NCBI GenBank assembly: GCA_963924565.1
Contig: OZ004609.1
Location: 29,450,001 to 29,514,000 of the forward strand
DNA from: Ascidiella aspersa
Taxonomy: Eukaryota
Length of the DNA stretch: 64,000 nt
Direction of reading: 5' to 3'
In this document: positions 10,300-24,322 of the stretch, in pieces
Position numbering within the stretch: the first letter of the stretch is position 1
How the letters are laid out: the number at the start of each line of letters is the position of its first letter
Made by a program: the position numbers and the translations under genes
The notes under the pieces: generated by a model
What the model saw: the letters and a program-made list of their open reading frames with translations, nothing else
Databases searched by the model: none
Told to the model about the DNA's origin: nothing

Positions 10300-13200
10300 T
10301 CATGGCTTAAGGATCACTTGGAAGCTGGACGAGACCTCGTTCTTGATGAGCGACACGGCAAACGAGGACTCGTCCTTCATCGCCGCCACAACGTCGTCGG
10401 TGACCAGCACGTGAATGGAGGAGCGCGCTGGCTGGTAGAGAACGCGCGAGATGTGCGGGCGACACGAGGGCTCCTGATCCTCAAAGATACACGCGCCTGT
10501 CGCCTTTACCAGCTCGCCGACGGTTGGCCGCTGTAGGTAGAAGGCCTTGTAGATGGCCAGCCCACCAGTAGCGCTGTCGCCACTTGCTGATACTGCTGTT
10601 TCTGTGGCAGGGGTTAGGTACAAGGTGAGACGCGGACGCGTGGCCTTGGCCCTTAGAACGTTAAAGAGTCGGATGCCATCGGCGTGGCCGCAAATCTGGA
10701 TCAAGTCGTCGCGCGATAGGGTCAGCAGGTCGGCGCCGTTAAAGTTGCCGAAGGTCTTGGCGAAGGCAGAGAAGCGCTGCCGCTGCAGCCACTCCTGCGT
10801 TTGTGCCACGGTCGCGCCCTCTGCTAATGCGCCGTGGTGCTGGCTGTGGTGATGTTGGTGGTGGTGGGCTTGCTGTTGGGAACTACCACCGTTTCCCAGG
10901 TCTGGTTTCGAGCCGGTTTGTTGGGCACTGAGTGACGATGACGTGGGAACGAGCGCCACCGACAGAGAGTCGTTAAGCTGCGTGTTGTAGCTGCCCACGC
11001 TCCGACATCGCCTGTCAGAGTAGCTCGAGCTGGCGCCGTTGTTGTGGTGCGGAATGATCGAGTATTCCTGCCGGGACATCACAACGTCGGACGCCTGCTC
11101 CATTACGCGCGTTCGCTGTTGTTGCTGCTGCTGCTTTTGAGGCAGGAGCTCTTTGCCCTGGTCGACTTCCTCACCTTGCGAGTAAATGGGTAGGCACTCG
11201 CTGAGCAGCGTCGAATCGTAGGACGGCTGGTACTTAAGCTTTTCTTGGGCGGAGCGTTTCTCCATTTTGTCCTTGTCGGTCTTCTGCTTGCGGTCGGCAC
11301 CCTTGGGCTTGAAAACCTTGATCTGGCAGCTGGCCGAGTGGATGTGCTGGCCAATTTCGCCCGCACCGTCGATTGTGTAAGTGTCGAGCTGAATACGAAA
11401 GGGCACTCCCTTCTCACCACCGTGCTTGCGTGCTGTAAACTCGGTGCTAATGCAGTGCACCTGCACCCAGACTGACGCCTCCTTGTCGACATCCCAAACA
11501 AACTCAACCAGGTTGATATGATCCGGGTGCTCCTTTGGTTGGATGACGCCCATCGACATCGGCAGATCGATGTTAAGAAGGCGGTCGCCTGGGCGGCTAA
11601 ACTTCCAATACTGGAACTGCTCAAACTCACTGTACTGCAGCCGGCGGTCATGGAACACAACACGCAACTGGCTTTTAACAAGGTGCATGCTGCCATTGTT
11701 TGAGATGTCACGTAGCTGCTTGAGCTTAATCTCGTACGACTGGCCCTGGTTGAGGTAGGTCAGAGTCTCGTCGCAGACCTTAGTGGCAGGTGAGGTGGGT
11801 GCACAAAGCATGTACTGCAGAGGGGGAAGGCCCTGGTTGGCGCTGAGCAGGCCGTCCTGCTTGAAGATGGGCAGGTTTAGCACCTCGCTCATGTTGTATG
11901 CGTTGGCGCCAATTTCTAGGCCGAGGCCAGACAGGTTCGTGTCAAAGTCCTTTACCAGGTCGGACTCCATTCCATCTAGTTTCACCCAGGACGATAGATC
12001 TCCTTTGGACAACTGAAACAAAGCAATCCAATAATTTAGTTAATCATACAACTTTTATTTCTAGGAAAGAAAATGAATTCCATTTAATTTTTGTTCAAGG
12101 TTAAGGCTGGCGATAAACCTTGACGGATCTCAACATAATGCATATGTACTGCACATTTCATTTTATCTACTACCTAATTCCATTATTACCTGACAAATGT
12201 ACCCAGCTAGAGATTGAATAGATTGTACATATTGAATTAAGTAAACCAACGTTCATTGTATACAGCAAGATAATTTGCTTTTTTACACAATCAATGGCCC
12301 ATTGTTAATATGACACACAACGTAAATAATTACCTTGTAATGCAAATAGCTTATATTCAAAGCAAAGCAGTAACATAATGATTAGCCAGTGGAGGTCAAT
12401 GGGTTTATATACAGGTAAATAATTATGTGTTGAACCTGCCGAATTCAAGTTTGGCTCTGGCATCATTTATATCTGCTTTGAATTTTACCAAACACCACTG
12501 ATATGATAATTTAATATATAATAAGTCAAAATACGCTTTGTATGCAGCAGGTGTAACTAGCTTATGTTTGAATACAATCAACTGAAATGTTTTTAGAGAC
12601 TCTCGACCAACTGATTCGGTAAAAAACACTTATTAGACATTTTAAGCGCTAATTGCATTTTAAGCCAGCGATAGAGATTGATTTGTTACGTCAAATAATG
12701 CTTTATTAGGCTTGTTACGACAATAATGGTCATTTTAAAGTTCCGCTTGTGTGCCACAGCTACTGTAATGACGAAACACATATTAAATGCCATCGACCAG
12801 GTGAAATGTGGCGATCCACCCCCCCCCCCCCCCCCCTTTGGCTACCCCTGGTATATAGCATAACAATCCATTACCAAAAGCCTGTTCTGGGGTGATATAT
12901 GTTTTATACCAAGTTTAAAATGATTATCTTAGAATAAAGAAAATAAAACATCAACTTGTTTTACTTATATATAGTAAGGCAGGTTACTGGAGAATGTAAA
13001 TTATATAACATGTTGTTAGAATGCAAATTAGACTGCAAAAAATATGATTAGCAAACCAATCAACAAATATATGAAAGCTTCATACGAACATTTTCAGTGT
13101 TTTCAACTTCAGCAGTGTTGCTCGAACTGGAATTTACATCGCTGCCAGTTCCGCTTGATGAAACGCTTATTATTCCATTTGGGCCGATGTCAAAGGAATG

Positions 13201-13659
13201 GTGATTGTCGTTTTCAATGTCCTGCAAACTCTCGGTAAGAGTTCCGATAGAGGAAATTCGGGAAGTATAATTTGGTGCAGAACTGGATGAGCTGGTATTG
13301 CTGCTTGGTGGAGAGCTGGTATGTGGAGCTGGGGAAGTGAGTTGGCGGACACTGACAATGTGCTGATCTTTTTGTCTTCCCTGGATGTGTGACAAACGTT
13401 GGGTCGACAGAGGACCAACAGTGGTCGGAAGCTTTCTCTTCAAGGTCTTTTGCTGCAGCTGGTCATCGTCGAAAAAGTCCAAGAACTGGCTGGTGTTGTT
13501 GTCAGACAGCAGCAAGTTTCCGACCGCCTGTCGCTTGCTCTGCTCGCTGTTGGATGGAGCGACTGTGGGAACGACGAGCAGGTAGGTTTTCGATGACGAT
13601 GAAGGAGATTCAACTTGGGATTTGGAAGCCAGGTTGCCCTTTTTATGGACCTTTTTCAT
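10300..13659 (-). CDS. TFCP2: CP2/LSF-family transcription factor (TFCP2/UBP1/TFCP2L1 co-orthologue)
   Basis: Exon 12012-10300 encodes DFDTNLSGLGLEIGANAYNMSEVLNLPIFKQ, the CP2 DNA-binding domain (ETLTYLNQGQSYEI, HCISTEFTARKHGGEKGVPFRIQLDT, CQIKVFKPKGADRKQKTD), a SAM-like domain (FNGADLLTLSRDDLIQICGHADGIRLFNVL) and C-terminal ILK. A probable upstream Ser-rich exon 13659-13090 joins in phase 0 via AAT|GTTCGT..TTTCAG; this exon is less certain. Confidence 0.88.
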
Positions 13660-16094
13660 GCATCAGCTAGTCTTACAGGTTTTGCCTACTTTCGCCACAC
13701 TTCAGATAGAGATTTTAATTTTATTTACAATAATGCTGCAAATTAAGAGGTTTATGTCGTAACCTGATACAACTCACAGTTTAAAAAGAAATTCCAGTTT
13801 ACATAAACATATATACAGTACTGTTTATTAAGTAACCAAAACAGACAATTTTTGTTAAAGGTTTTTATGAACTGCTGAGACCATGAGTTTAACTATTTAA
13901 AAAGGCTCCTATCTTCTTCTAGCCAAATCCTTGTTTCTTTGGACTGAAATCGCTTATTTTACTGATATCTGAGGCCTAACAAACCGAACAGCATGACTTC
14001 TTGAAGAGAAACAGTTACAAAAACAATTTATTACTGCAGGTGACTTTCGGAATAACCCAATTAAATTTTCTACGTTTTAGCCTCTTGATATGTCTTCTAT
14101 TCGGATATTAAAATAAATAGGCCTTATTAATACAAGGTGACTACCGACAGCAACATAACATAAAGTAAATACTTTCGGATATTTTTAGTACAGAAACAAT
14201 GATCTTGATAGGTTATAAAACAATAAACAGCAAATACCACACTTGGAGTCAAATAAGGACAGCAAGATTAGCATACAGCTTACCCTTGCTGTCAAACTTA
14301 TAAATAACACCAGCTTAGTTAGTGTTACAGGTTCTGGAAAAACTGTAAATTAGCTATACAAGTGATGTGAAATTTTATATAAAACAAGTGCATAAATATT
14401 TCTGAATCTGTGGAATCAAACATTAAATGCACAACCAACAACGCTGAGGCCAAAACAACAACGAACATCAACAGTAAAATCGCTATGTTCCATAGTGTGC
14501 ACTCTGAAATTTCCTGTCCTGTGATATGCGTTAATTAAAGCAGATTGTTTACAAATGTGTATGAAAGTGATGAATTGACAAACCACGAGCAAATTATCGT
14601 AATTTTTTAAGCATGCATTTTTTATGATAAGATTTTGCACGAACTGAACTTGATTTATTAATTTAAACTTTTACAAGATACAACATTTCGCATAAAAAAT
14701 TGTTGCAACTCTACGCGTCGATCGTTTTAATTTATTTTGCGAACAGTTTTGTTATGGTTGAATGGCTATCACGTTCTGATTTCGGACAAAGCGCAAATTT
14801 GTTACATTGCAGTTTTGCAAATAAAATTTGCGAGACTACCACATGACATTAAAGTCAAACTAGGATATAAAATTGGCAACAAAACGCCAAAAACATGAGA
14901 AATGGTCAATACTGCGAGTGCGAAGTGTTTATCCCGTTTTCTTCAGTAGTTATGTAACCATCTAGTTTTTAAAGGTGTAACAAACCGATTTTATGTGATA
15001 AAAATGAGAATAAAGTCTAAATGCGACGTTTCACGACAACGATCGTCAAAATACAACCGGTCATGAATATGCGTATGCGACTGGGAGAAAGGTTAAGCTT
15101 CGACAAAAATCAGAAAATCATGCGGGACATTATAAAAATCTAAACTCAATAGGGGAGACCGGAAATACCGCGTACGCGGGAATGAATCGAACGCAACTTA
15201 TATTTGTATCTGGCCTGGTTTTAAATTAAGTATTGTCAAACCGGGGCTGAATCGACACTTTTGCTTTGCTACGAAGGAACCGAACCGAATTCCCAAAAAT
15301 CCTTTAACCCGAACTGAAAATTAAACCGGAAAAACACAAACGGTTCGACTCTCTGCTTTTTTTAGCCAACTTCGTTTGTCTATAAAATTATGGTTTAAAA
15401 TGTAGGTAAAACAATACAAGCAATATTTATTAGGCTATAACTGCGGTAGGCCTATACGTGTACCATGAGTATAATTTGTTTACCGATTGCCAAAATGCTT
15501 TAGTTGTGGATCTGGTGGTGGGATGTAAATATACTTGGAGAAGTAAATTTTATATCACAGTGGGTTATGAGGCAGGCATCTTATTTTTTATTAAAATCAC
15601 GACGGTGGCGACGTATCCCCGACAAAATTTACTAGATTTGAGAGGCGAGCCTGATAGTTTCAGGATATAAAAAAATGTTTTCTAGGATATTTATTTCGCC
15701 CATAAAGGATTTTTGTTTGGGCATGATTTTTTTTTTTCAGGGATGGCGTCGCAAAGTTACGTCATAACACACCGTTACAAGGTTAAGTTAAAACGTGACA
15801 CCATAAGAAGTAACGATAAGAACAGCACACAGTTTAGATTTGAAGAAACCTCCAGAAAAATTCCAGTCGGGTGCCGAAAATCTATGTGCTTAAATTAGTG
15901 GGTTTGTGAATTTCGTTTCTTTTTTGGTAATATGTTAAACACGCAGAATATGTGATAGGTCTATTCTACGTTGCAAGCAAGTTGTCCTATATATAACCCA
16001 AAGCATGTCCAAACTTACCCTGGCATCGTGATAACATCGGACATTTGAGTGCCCATTCGGAGTCATTTTTGGTGCTTGTCTGATTGATTTAAAG

Positions 16095-16752
16095 CAGGGG
16101 CGGGCAACATACGGCCCGCGACGGGATTTTAAGCGGCCCACTGACAGTTTCCGGTTGTGGCCCGCGGCCACATTCTGCCACAAATAATAGTGATTGCTAG
16201 TTATTCTTTAGATTCTTTGTTTTGTGTTAACATTATATTTAGAATTTACACTAAATATTTCCCATGGATTTGATAAGAAACGTAAGTTTGACGAAGAGGG
16301 TCGCGAATTTAACAAGTATTGGATGCAAAAATACTTTTTCACTCAAGTCGACAATAATCAGAATTGTTCTATCGAATGACAAAATCTGCCTCAATCCGAA
16401 TGGTGAAAACAAACGATTATGGTTGCACATCAATCATAAAGAATGTTTGCATGTTATAAGATGAATAGGCTATATTTCTCTACTAAATACATGATTAGTA
16501 TTGATACTTTTAGTAGCGAAATATTGTTAACTTATAACATTCAAACATACTGATTTTTTGTTTACCAAGTTCTGTCTTATAGTTTATTTTTTGCGTCGGG
16601 AAGAAAGCAGTATGTTGGATGTGCAATAAAAGTGTTGCCGTGTTTAAATAGTACAACTTTAGCCGCAATTATTTGGCAGTACCTAATCCGGCCCGCCAAG
16701 TACTTTATTTTCCCATATCTGGCCCGCCGACCGGAGAAGTTGCCCGCACCTG
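16095..16752 (+). mobile_element. Non-autonomous hAT (Charlie/SPIN/Buster-like) deletion derivative with a transposase N-terminal remnant
   Basis: TIRs CAGGGGCGGGCAAC / GTTGCCCGCACCTG; TSD ATTTAAAG / ATCTAAAG; subterminal CGGCCCGC motifs. 16275-16352 reads KKRKFDEEGREFNKYWMQKYFFTQVD and 16601-16675 reads KKAVCWMCNKSVAVFK*YNFSRNY. Confidence 0.85.
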
Positions 16753-17423
16753 ATCTAAAGGAACCCTAAGCCTATCATTTTTCGACAAAGGATTGGCTTA
16801 TTTAAAGAAGCAAAATTTATACACATATGTATTTTTACAAAAAAGTTATAGACAATAAGAAGGTACGAGCCATCCCCGGTCTCTCATATATTTTCGAATG
16901 CGTTCGTATTGATTGCCCTTAAAATGTGATTTTAGTTTCTTCTTTTTTGGTAGGTCACTACTGGACCAGCACGCCATTAATGGTCAATAAGAGGTAAACG
17001 TAACTTTAATTATTTTCAGCCGCGAGGTAAAAACTTAAAAAATGTTGCAACACTTTAAAATCGATCACTTCTACGTATTTTATGCCTACGAGGACTGCAA
17101 TATAGTTTAACAAGATGATCAAAAAAAATAGTGTGGTCAAATCATGACGCAGGCCACTGAGGCAAGTAATGTAGCATCTTGTCTATTTATTTTGACCGAG
17201 CACAAAGGCAAGCAAAAACATAACGCTGTTGTTCGACTGCCTGGTTCGCAACAGGTAAAAGGGCGGCTTCGTGACCGGTTAGAATAAAAAAAGCAGGTAA
17301 AACACCAACAATAAATAAAATCGAGTGCACGCGTCGATACAACAGGAACACGAATTTCAACTAAAGCAGGCCGTATCATCAAAAAACGTAGGAAAAATTC
17401 ACATTAGATGACAGTGGCTTTGA

Positions 17424-20400
17424 TCACGCAATTTCCTCTTTAGAGTGTTGGTGAATCTTCGTCGACTTCTCGACGTATTTTGCGTAGGCGTACATGACCC
17501 CACCTCCGAAGTTTATTACCTGGCCGGTGACGAAGAAGGGAGTGGCGATAACCCCGCCAAAGACGAACATGCCTGTCGCGAGTAAATTATAGGCTAATGA
17601 CCAAATGGAGGCTTATATAAGGGCTTGGAGGCTTATAAGGGCTTTGCAGACAATAGAGTCGCAAATAACTTACGCTATAGGTAACTTCACTTTCGGTAAA
17701 AAATCAAGTATAAACTGTTGGTTAAGTTTATTAGGTCGACGTCAGAATGGCAAATCGGTTTGAAAGGCGGACACGTAGGCTACGGCGTATTAAAAATAAG
17801 CGATTTAAAAAAGAATATAAACGATTTGAGTACATTTGCCGCAGTCCCTTGTCATGTATGCTAGGAAATTGGAAACGTGGCATGTAAAAACTAAAAATGA
17901 TTCTGACCATAACGTCGGGTTGACCTACAATACAATGCAGGGCGTTTATATAGGTCACAAAAGGTCAAGATACGCTGTAAATTGTTTTAGTGTACTGTGT
18001 AAGTGCGCGGGAGACGCGTCGCCATCACTTTTCGTTCAAAGTTAAGAGTTTTCACACAAAACCAATAAATAAACGTGAAGCTCCACTTTTAACGCTTGTG
18101 TTGTTCAAACGCCACCATTGGCAGTTGACGTCGCCCAATATTGGTATCGCAAAGTTTGCAACAAATAAAATGCCCAAAAGGTTGGTAGTCATACATCATA
18201 AAAAATATATCGGTCCATTTTTGTTGGTTATACATAAACTCGAATTTAAATACCACGCCTTGCTAACGAGCGTTGTCTTTTAAGTTAACCTTATAAGCTG
18301 CGTAAAGTTTTGTGATGTTAAGCTTTACAAGAAACTCATAAATGTACTGTTTGTTTAAAAAAAAAATCGAAAGTTAAAGTGTACAGAGCAATTTGCATAG
18401 GTTATACATAAAAACGCGGTTTAGTTGACCATAACAACAGATTTACTATTAAAAGGCCACAAAACGCTGCCGCTACGATTTTACCGATTACAATCCATGC
18501 AACCCTTTTCGCCAAAGACATTCGACGTGCAATGCTTGTCCAAAGCCCTGCGAGAGACGTCATTTAAAATAACAAACGGTCAATATAGTAAATCTATACT
18601 AAAAAACCTATTTCTGGCTTATATTTCGTTAGCGTGGTATTTCGGCAAAAATCGTCCCGGAAAATTGTTTGCCACTAAGTTTGAAATGAAGCCAATGCTT
18701 ACCTAAAATAGTGGTGAAGGCGCTTTTGATTACGCCTACACAGGTGGTGGTGAGCGCCGAGTTGACGGTGGTGCATAAGAACAGTGAGTAGTTGAGCACA
18801 CAGCCCGAGAAGGAGACTGTCAAAAAGCTGACAATAAATCGAGCGTTCGTCCAGTGCTCGTACGACAGCACGTTTCCCGCTGAAACTGCAAAAAACAGTT
18901 TAAGGAGCACTTATTGTGCGCTGTTTAGTGCAATGCATCAACAATACCCCGTAGGGCTATACTTGTAACTGAAGGGAAACTTCCAGTCGATTGCACCGAG
19001 ATGGAACTGTGCAAAGGCTTATAAATGACTCTATTTGGATCACTCGTCGTGCCATTCGTCGTGCCATTCGTCATGCAATAACTTATCCCGTATTTAGCGA
19101 TAAACTGGGGCAAGATGCGAGCAACTTAAAGTTAAACATGTAACAGTACAACGAACGGTGTTGGTTTGGTTTGACAGTTTATCATGGTATGTCTTGGTCC
19201 AATTTATCACGCAATGTTAGAAAGCATTTGGGAACGTCGCGTTGGTCATTTTTTGCATAGTATGAGCACATATAAAAATTGTAGCCCCATTTCAGCAGGA
19301 TTTGCAATAAACTTCAGCAGGATTTACAATAAAAGTGCAACATATTGTGTAAGAGGTATACACTGTAGTGTACACTGTACATAGTAATCAAAGAAGGTAT
19401 GCCCCCTTTAATAGGTTGGTTTTATTATAGAAAACAAGTTTCAATTACAACATTTAGAAAGATTATGCAGTTTCAATTTCAACCAAAATTCAAAGCTTTT
19501 AACTCCAAGATTCTGTCAGGCTAAAAACACGCCGCGGGTTTGCCTTTCGTCGTCTATTCGACGTGTCGCCTACCTGCGCAAATTAAAAAGCTTATCGGAA
19601 TGCAGTTAAGCGTGTTGATGTAGAGCAAGTCCAGCGTGGAGAGGTGCTCCTCGTTGCCGGCATTCTGCAGCGTGATCAGGTACATCGCCATAAGAATCAC
19701 GCTCGACAGTCCGAACAGGTACGAGCGCAGGTCGAACTGCAAATCGCCGATGGCTACAAAGATAAGAAGGCGCGTTTATTGCAGTTTTTATTATGGCGCC
19801 TTGGCGTGTTTGGTAGGACCGTCGACAACGGAATTTGCGCTAGTCAGTTCGGGCTAATATATTACCTGCTCTCTTATATATAGCAGATGTGGGCAAACTG
19901 AGACTTTTGAGCTGTTTTTTGTTGCTCTTCTGGTCGAAGAAAAACATCCAAAAATGATAGAGGTTTTAGCTTATATTTCATCTTTGTCTTGTTTATTAAT
20001 TTATTTTTTTTTAATAAAACGCCTCACTAAACTAGTTTAACCTGTGATGTAAAATTGCAGTTTTTCTCCTTTTTAGAGAACCAAGCCACAACGAGGCTCG
20101 GCTGTTGCTGTGACTTTATATAACAATGTATGTTAAACTCCATACTATTTCGTCTTTTGTTACAACGCTTTTAAAATTATGTTATGACCTCCAGAGGCAA
20201 CCCTCGCGAGTTTAACACAAAAAACTTTAAGCCATGTTAAGCGTTTCTATAAATTATCACATTTAAAAAGTTGCTCGCGTTCATCCCTGTAATATAGTCT
20301 GTAAAAATAAGAAATGTTTAACCAGAGACTCTACTTGGCATTATTGTGCGATCACACGGCAAATTATTATTGTGGTGTCATTTTATTTTATAGTTAAGGT

Positions 20401-22514
20401 AATTAAAAAAGAGTAAAACGACATACCAGATTTGCGTCACATTTTAATCTGAATAATTAAGTTTGTTATTAATGGCAAAAATGGACAAATAAATGATTAC
20501 GTACAACTTTAAACTTTCTGTAAAACGCACAAAAAAGATTATACTAGTAGTAGTACTCACAATTCGAGGACTCTATGCCGATTCAATAAGAAAATTTTCC
20601 CTAAGGCTCTTGTGTATAGATTTGGTCAATTTAAAATCCTTATATACGGCTTGAGCGAACCTCCTCAAAAGACCCATTTCGAAATAGAATAAGTGGCTTC
20701 GGCGTGGAACTGACTTTCCGTATTTCGCCCAAGGGAAATGCTTTTAATAAAACACAGTGAAGCGGTTTATGCCAGGCATTTACATGTGAGTAATTTATTC
20801 ATCTAGAACAAGTAAGCAACTGTATTTTCGCACTTTAAACTCGCAAAAATTTTAGCAAAAGTTATAAGTTTTTCATTTTATGGCACGAAATAGTTTGGCA
20901 ACTGTTATGTGCAAGAGTCGATTTTAAGTTACCACGTTCTGGTCCTTCTATACCTTTTTCGAACTGTTATATTTTTTAAAGTTCTACTTTCCCATCCGGT
21001 TTTGAATTACACTGCTCTATAAAGAAAACAAAAAAATCCGATTTTGCGAAGTTTTGTTTTCGCTATAGAACAAGAGCCTGTTCCGTATCGGAAACAGCTG
21101 TAAAGAGTCTAGAACACAACGTAACTTCCATTTAAATATGACAGGGACATCAATGCCTCGTCGGCTTGACCTAAATGTATTACCGTTATCGGGCAACGGC
21201 GCTCTAACAATGCAGTGTTACATTGTTGATTTTTGCCTGCTGTTCACATGTTTAAACTAGTTGTAAATCTCCGGCATCCTGCTATTGTGCGCGGTTCGCG
21301 ACGAATGCGTAGCACGCGGCCGGCTAATTAGCTGGCAAATCGCATTGCAGCCAATATGGCCTGTCGTTCGCTCAACGCGCAAAAACGCATGACGCCGTTT
21401 CGAAGCCGATACTTCCTGCCTTGCGCCAACCGACCTGCTATTACTGTTCCCATGGTGATGACGATGATGGAGCAGATGACGAGGAACGTCTGTCGCTTCG
21501 AGAAAACGGCAAAGCCGAGCAGCATGCTGGCCAGGGGAACGCAGCGACGCATCGCGTTGTACATTGGCACGTTCATTCCACCGAGCGCGAACAACGCTGC
21601 GTACAAAATAAGATGTTTGAGTTTAAGTGAAACGCGAATGCTGGCGTTCTGGGCATTCATGGTCCGACGCCCACACTTAAACTATAGGGATTTCCGATAC
21701 TTGACATTCAATTTTGAAATCCATACCAGATGTTTTATACAAAAAGTATTGCGATCTTATCCCATACCAAATGACAGTATTCCTGTACTTACACATGCAA
21801 AATAGATGAATTTGACCTGTTTGAACGATCAAACGTATTTGGTTTACCAGTTGTTGCTTTTCGATGAACTTATTGTTCAAAGTAAATCACCTCATTGGAT
21901 TACATAACAGTCTAAAATTATTTTTTATTTCGTAAAGGATCGGTACCGATACTATATCTTGGCACCGGGCATCAACTCCAATCCGATATTATCAGACTTC
22001 CCTGCTTACAAATTCCGTTTATGCCAAACCATGTGACGTTTTGTTTAAGTTCAGTGTTAAAACCAAACTAGGCCTATTTGTAACTGTTAAACATTTATAG
22101 ACATGGTTGATTTTAAAAGACAAACAGATCGCATTTTTCATAAGGCCACGCGTGGTAGATTGTAAAAATTTCACAGCCATTATTTCTTGAACTATTTCCT
22201 TTTGCGTGCCTGTTAAATCAAGGGCCCCAATTACCGAACAGCGTGTTGGAAAGGTAAAATACGCTGAGCGCGCAACAGGACCGGGCGCCGGCTTGCGTGT
22301 AGCCGTGCAGCTCAATCCTTCCAGCCCACTTGAGAAATCGAAGACAGGCGCCCAGCATACAGAGCTGCGACAGGACTAGCACGGCCGGGTGGTCGAAGGA
22401 CCAGGAGGTGAGGAGAAATTTGTTGAGAAAGTTCATTGAGGCCGACGCGACGCCGTAAAATGTGGCGGCGAAGGCCATGGCAAACAGAGAGTGCTTTCCC
22501 GCCGACGGCGACAT
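17424..22514 (-). CDS. SLC35D3: Nucleotide-sugar transporter, SLC35D family (closest to SLC35D3 type)
   Basis: Exons 22514-22235, 21596-21435, 19753-19574, 18885-18703, 17572-17424 (TGA), all phase-1 junctions. Motifs: FYGVASASMNFLNKFLL, MNVPMYNAMRRCVPL, GDLQFD, CTTVNSALTTTCVGVIKS, MYAYAKY. Probable 5'UTR intron (acceptor ~22649, donor ~24876). Confidence 0.82.
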
Positions 22515-23837
22515 GTCTACAGCGGTTGCTTTTCCGTTGGCCGCTTCTCAAGACTGTTGCCACCTGGACAGGTGTTATATAAGCACCGCCTGCTTTTCGT
22601 TGACGGCCTGCTTGATTAGACCCAACACTTAACTGACTATTGAGGTATCTGCAAGAACACAAGGAAACGTCCGTTAATGTATTCGTAAAACCAACGAACG
22701 CTCAGTTTGACGTATCAAGTACACTACGTCACAGTTAAGCAAAGTAACGAACGATCATTGAAGCTATCTGAAAGAAGTCGGTATAAGGGGGTTCCTTGTA
22801 AGACAAGGTTATTAAATGAATGCATAAACAATCTGTGGTGAGTTTCGAACTTACATGCTCGGGCATGTCGGGTCCGTCGCTCTACCTCAGGGGTCAGCAA
22901 CTTCACTAGTCGCGGCCCAAAGCCAAACTTAAGGTCTCCACGGGCCGTTTGTCATTGGTAAAAAGCAAGGGCGGCCGTCGCATTGAATAAAACTTTATAA
23001 AATTTGTTACTTCCGTTTTTTTTTAATAAATAAGCACTATTTTATATATTGGGGGTAAATCTGATATTCATCTTTGTTAATAGGGTAAAACATACAAAAA
23101 GGTTAAAAACACTGCTCTATAAAGTAATTCAAGTGCAAGAAATGTTGTTACAGAGAATTTTAAAGAAATATTGTTAAATATAGAGTCCTGTTGTCGCAAA
23201 CCGGATCTTCGCTGTTTAAATGGAAACGGTTCCATATTACATAATATAAGGCTATTAGCTTCGGTCATTCATCACTAAAAAAAATCAAATGTGACGTCAT
23301 AAATACAATTGTTAGCCAGCCAGACGAAACTGCTTCTCCGCTGCTAAATTATTATTGGTTTGTTCTGTTTATTTTTTTCCATTGACAACTAGTCTAGGGC
23401 GACCCCCTGAAAACCTCTTGCTATCCCCTTAGGGGTCGAGACCCCATGGTTGGTAACCACTGGTTTAAATGAACAAAACGTTCATTTTCGAGGAAGCGAT
23501 GAGACACGCGACGCCTTTGGCTGAAAAGATTGTATAAAAATAGGCTTTGAAATTCCAGAAACATAATTGAGCTTCACACAATATTTTTGCATTTACTTTG
23601 TTTGAATAGGTTAAAAATAAAATTAGATGGGGCAAGTGGCGTCCTCTCCTGGGCCCGACTTTGGGCGCTTGTGTTTCATAGCTCAAGGTAATTTTTTTCG
23701 CTTAAAAAAACGAAGACCTTTGGCTTTAAACAAGTGTAATTCGGTATAGGTCTCAACATATAGCTGGTAACACACAATAAGACCTAAAAAGCAACAACAC
23801 GTCAAGCAGAAAAATCTATAAAACCATGGTATTTAGA

Positions 23838-24322
23838 CTATACCGACATAATCAAGCCAAATTCACATATCAACGACAGAATAACAACTTAATCGTCTGA
23901 ATAAGACATTAACATGTTAGAATAAGTAAAAAAATTAATCGGAATAACACCTTAATGGAAAAAATACTGCCTAAAACTGATACGGTATGGGGCGATCAGG
24001 GGCCGTGGATCTGGCATCGGCCGGTTTGGTGACGATGATTGGGCGCCCTAGTTTAAATGGCGCTGCTGTTTTGGACCGGATTGTTTAGCCCTGTTTGGGG
24101 TTTTTGCTAGGTAATGCGTGGCGTTAGCAAATTGTTTAGGGTTGAAATTATTAGGGGTGGGGTTTAGGGTTAGGTAAAATGTTGTGAATGCCTAATTGTG
24201 ATCATTTGTCTTATTTCGATTTAGACGAGATTACGTCAATTAGGTGATAGTCCTGTTTTGGTCTTATTACGAACTTTGTTTTATTCGAACATTAATCTTT
24301 TTTCTTATTTCGGTCGTATGGC
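23838..24322. repeat. Degenerate inverted-repeat element with GAATAA/TTATTC subrepeats and a central TAGGGTT tract
   Basis: Left part is rich in GAATAA(G/C)AC, right part in GTCTTATT/TTATTCG; TTTAGGGTTAGG at ~24162-24174. Confidence 0.45.

Noticed and set aside
10014-12104. Multiple overlapping ORFs on both strands over TFCP2
   Set aside because: Shadow ORFs of a GC-rich coding exon; no recognisable motifs.
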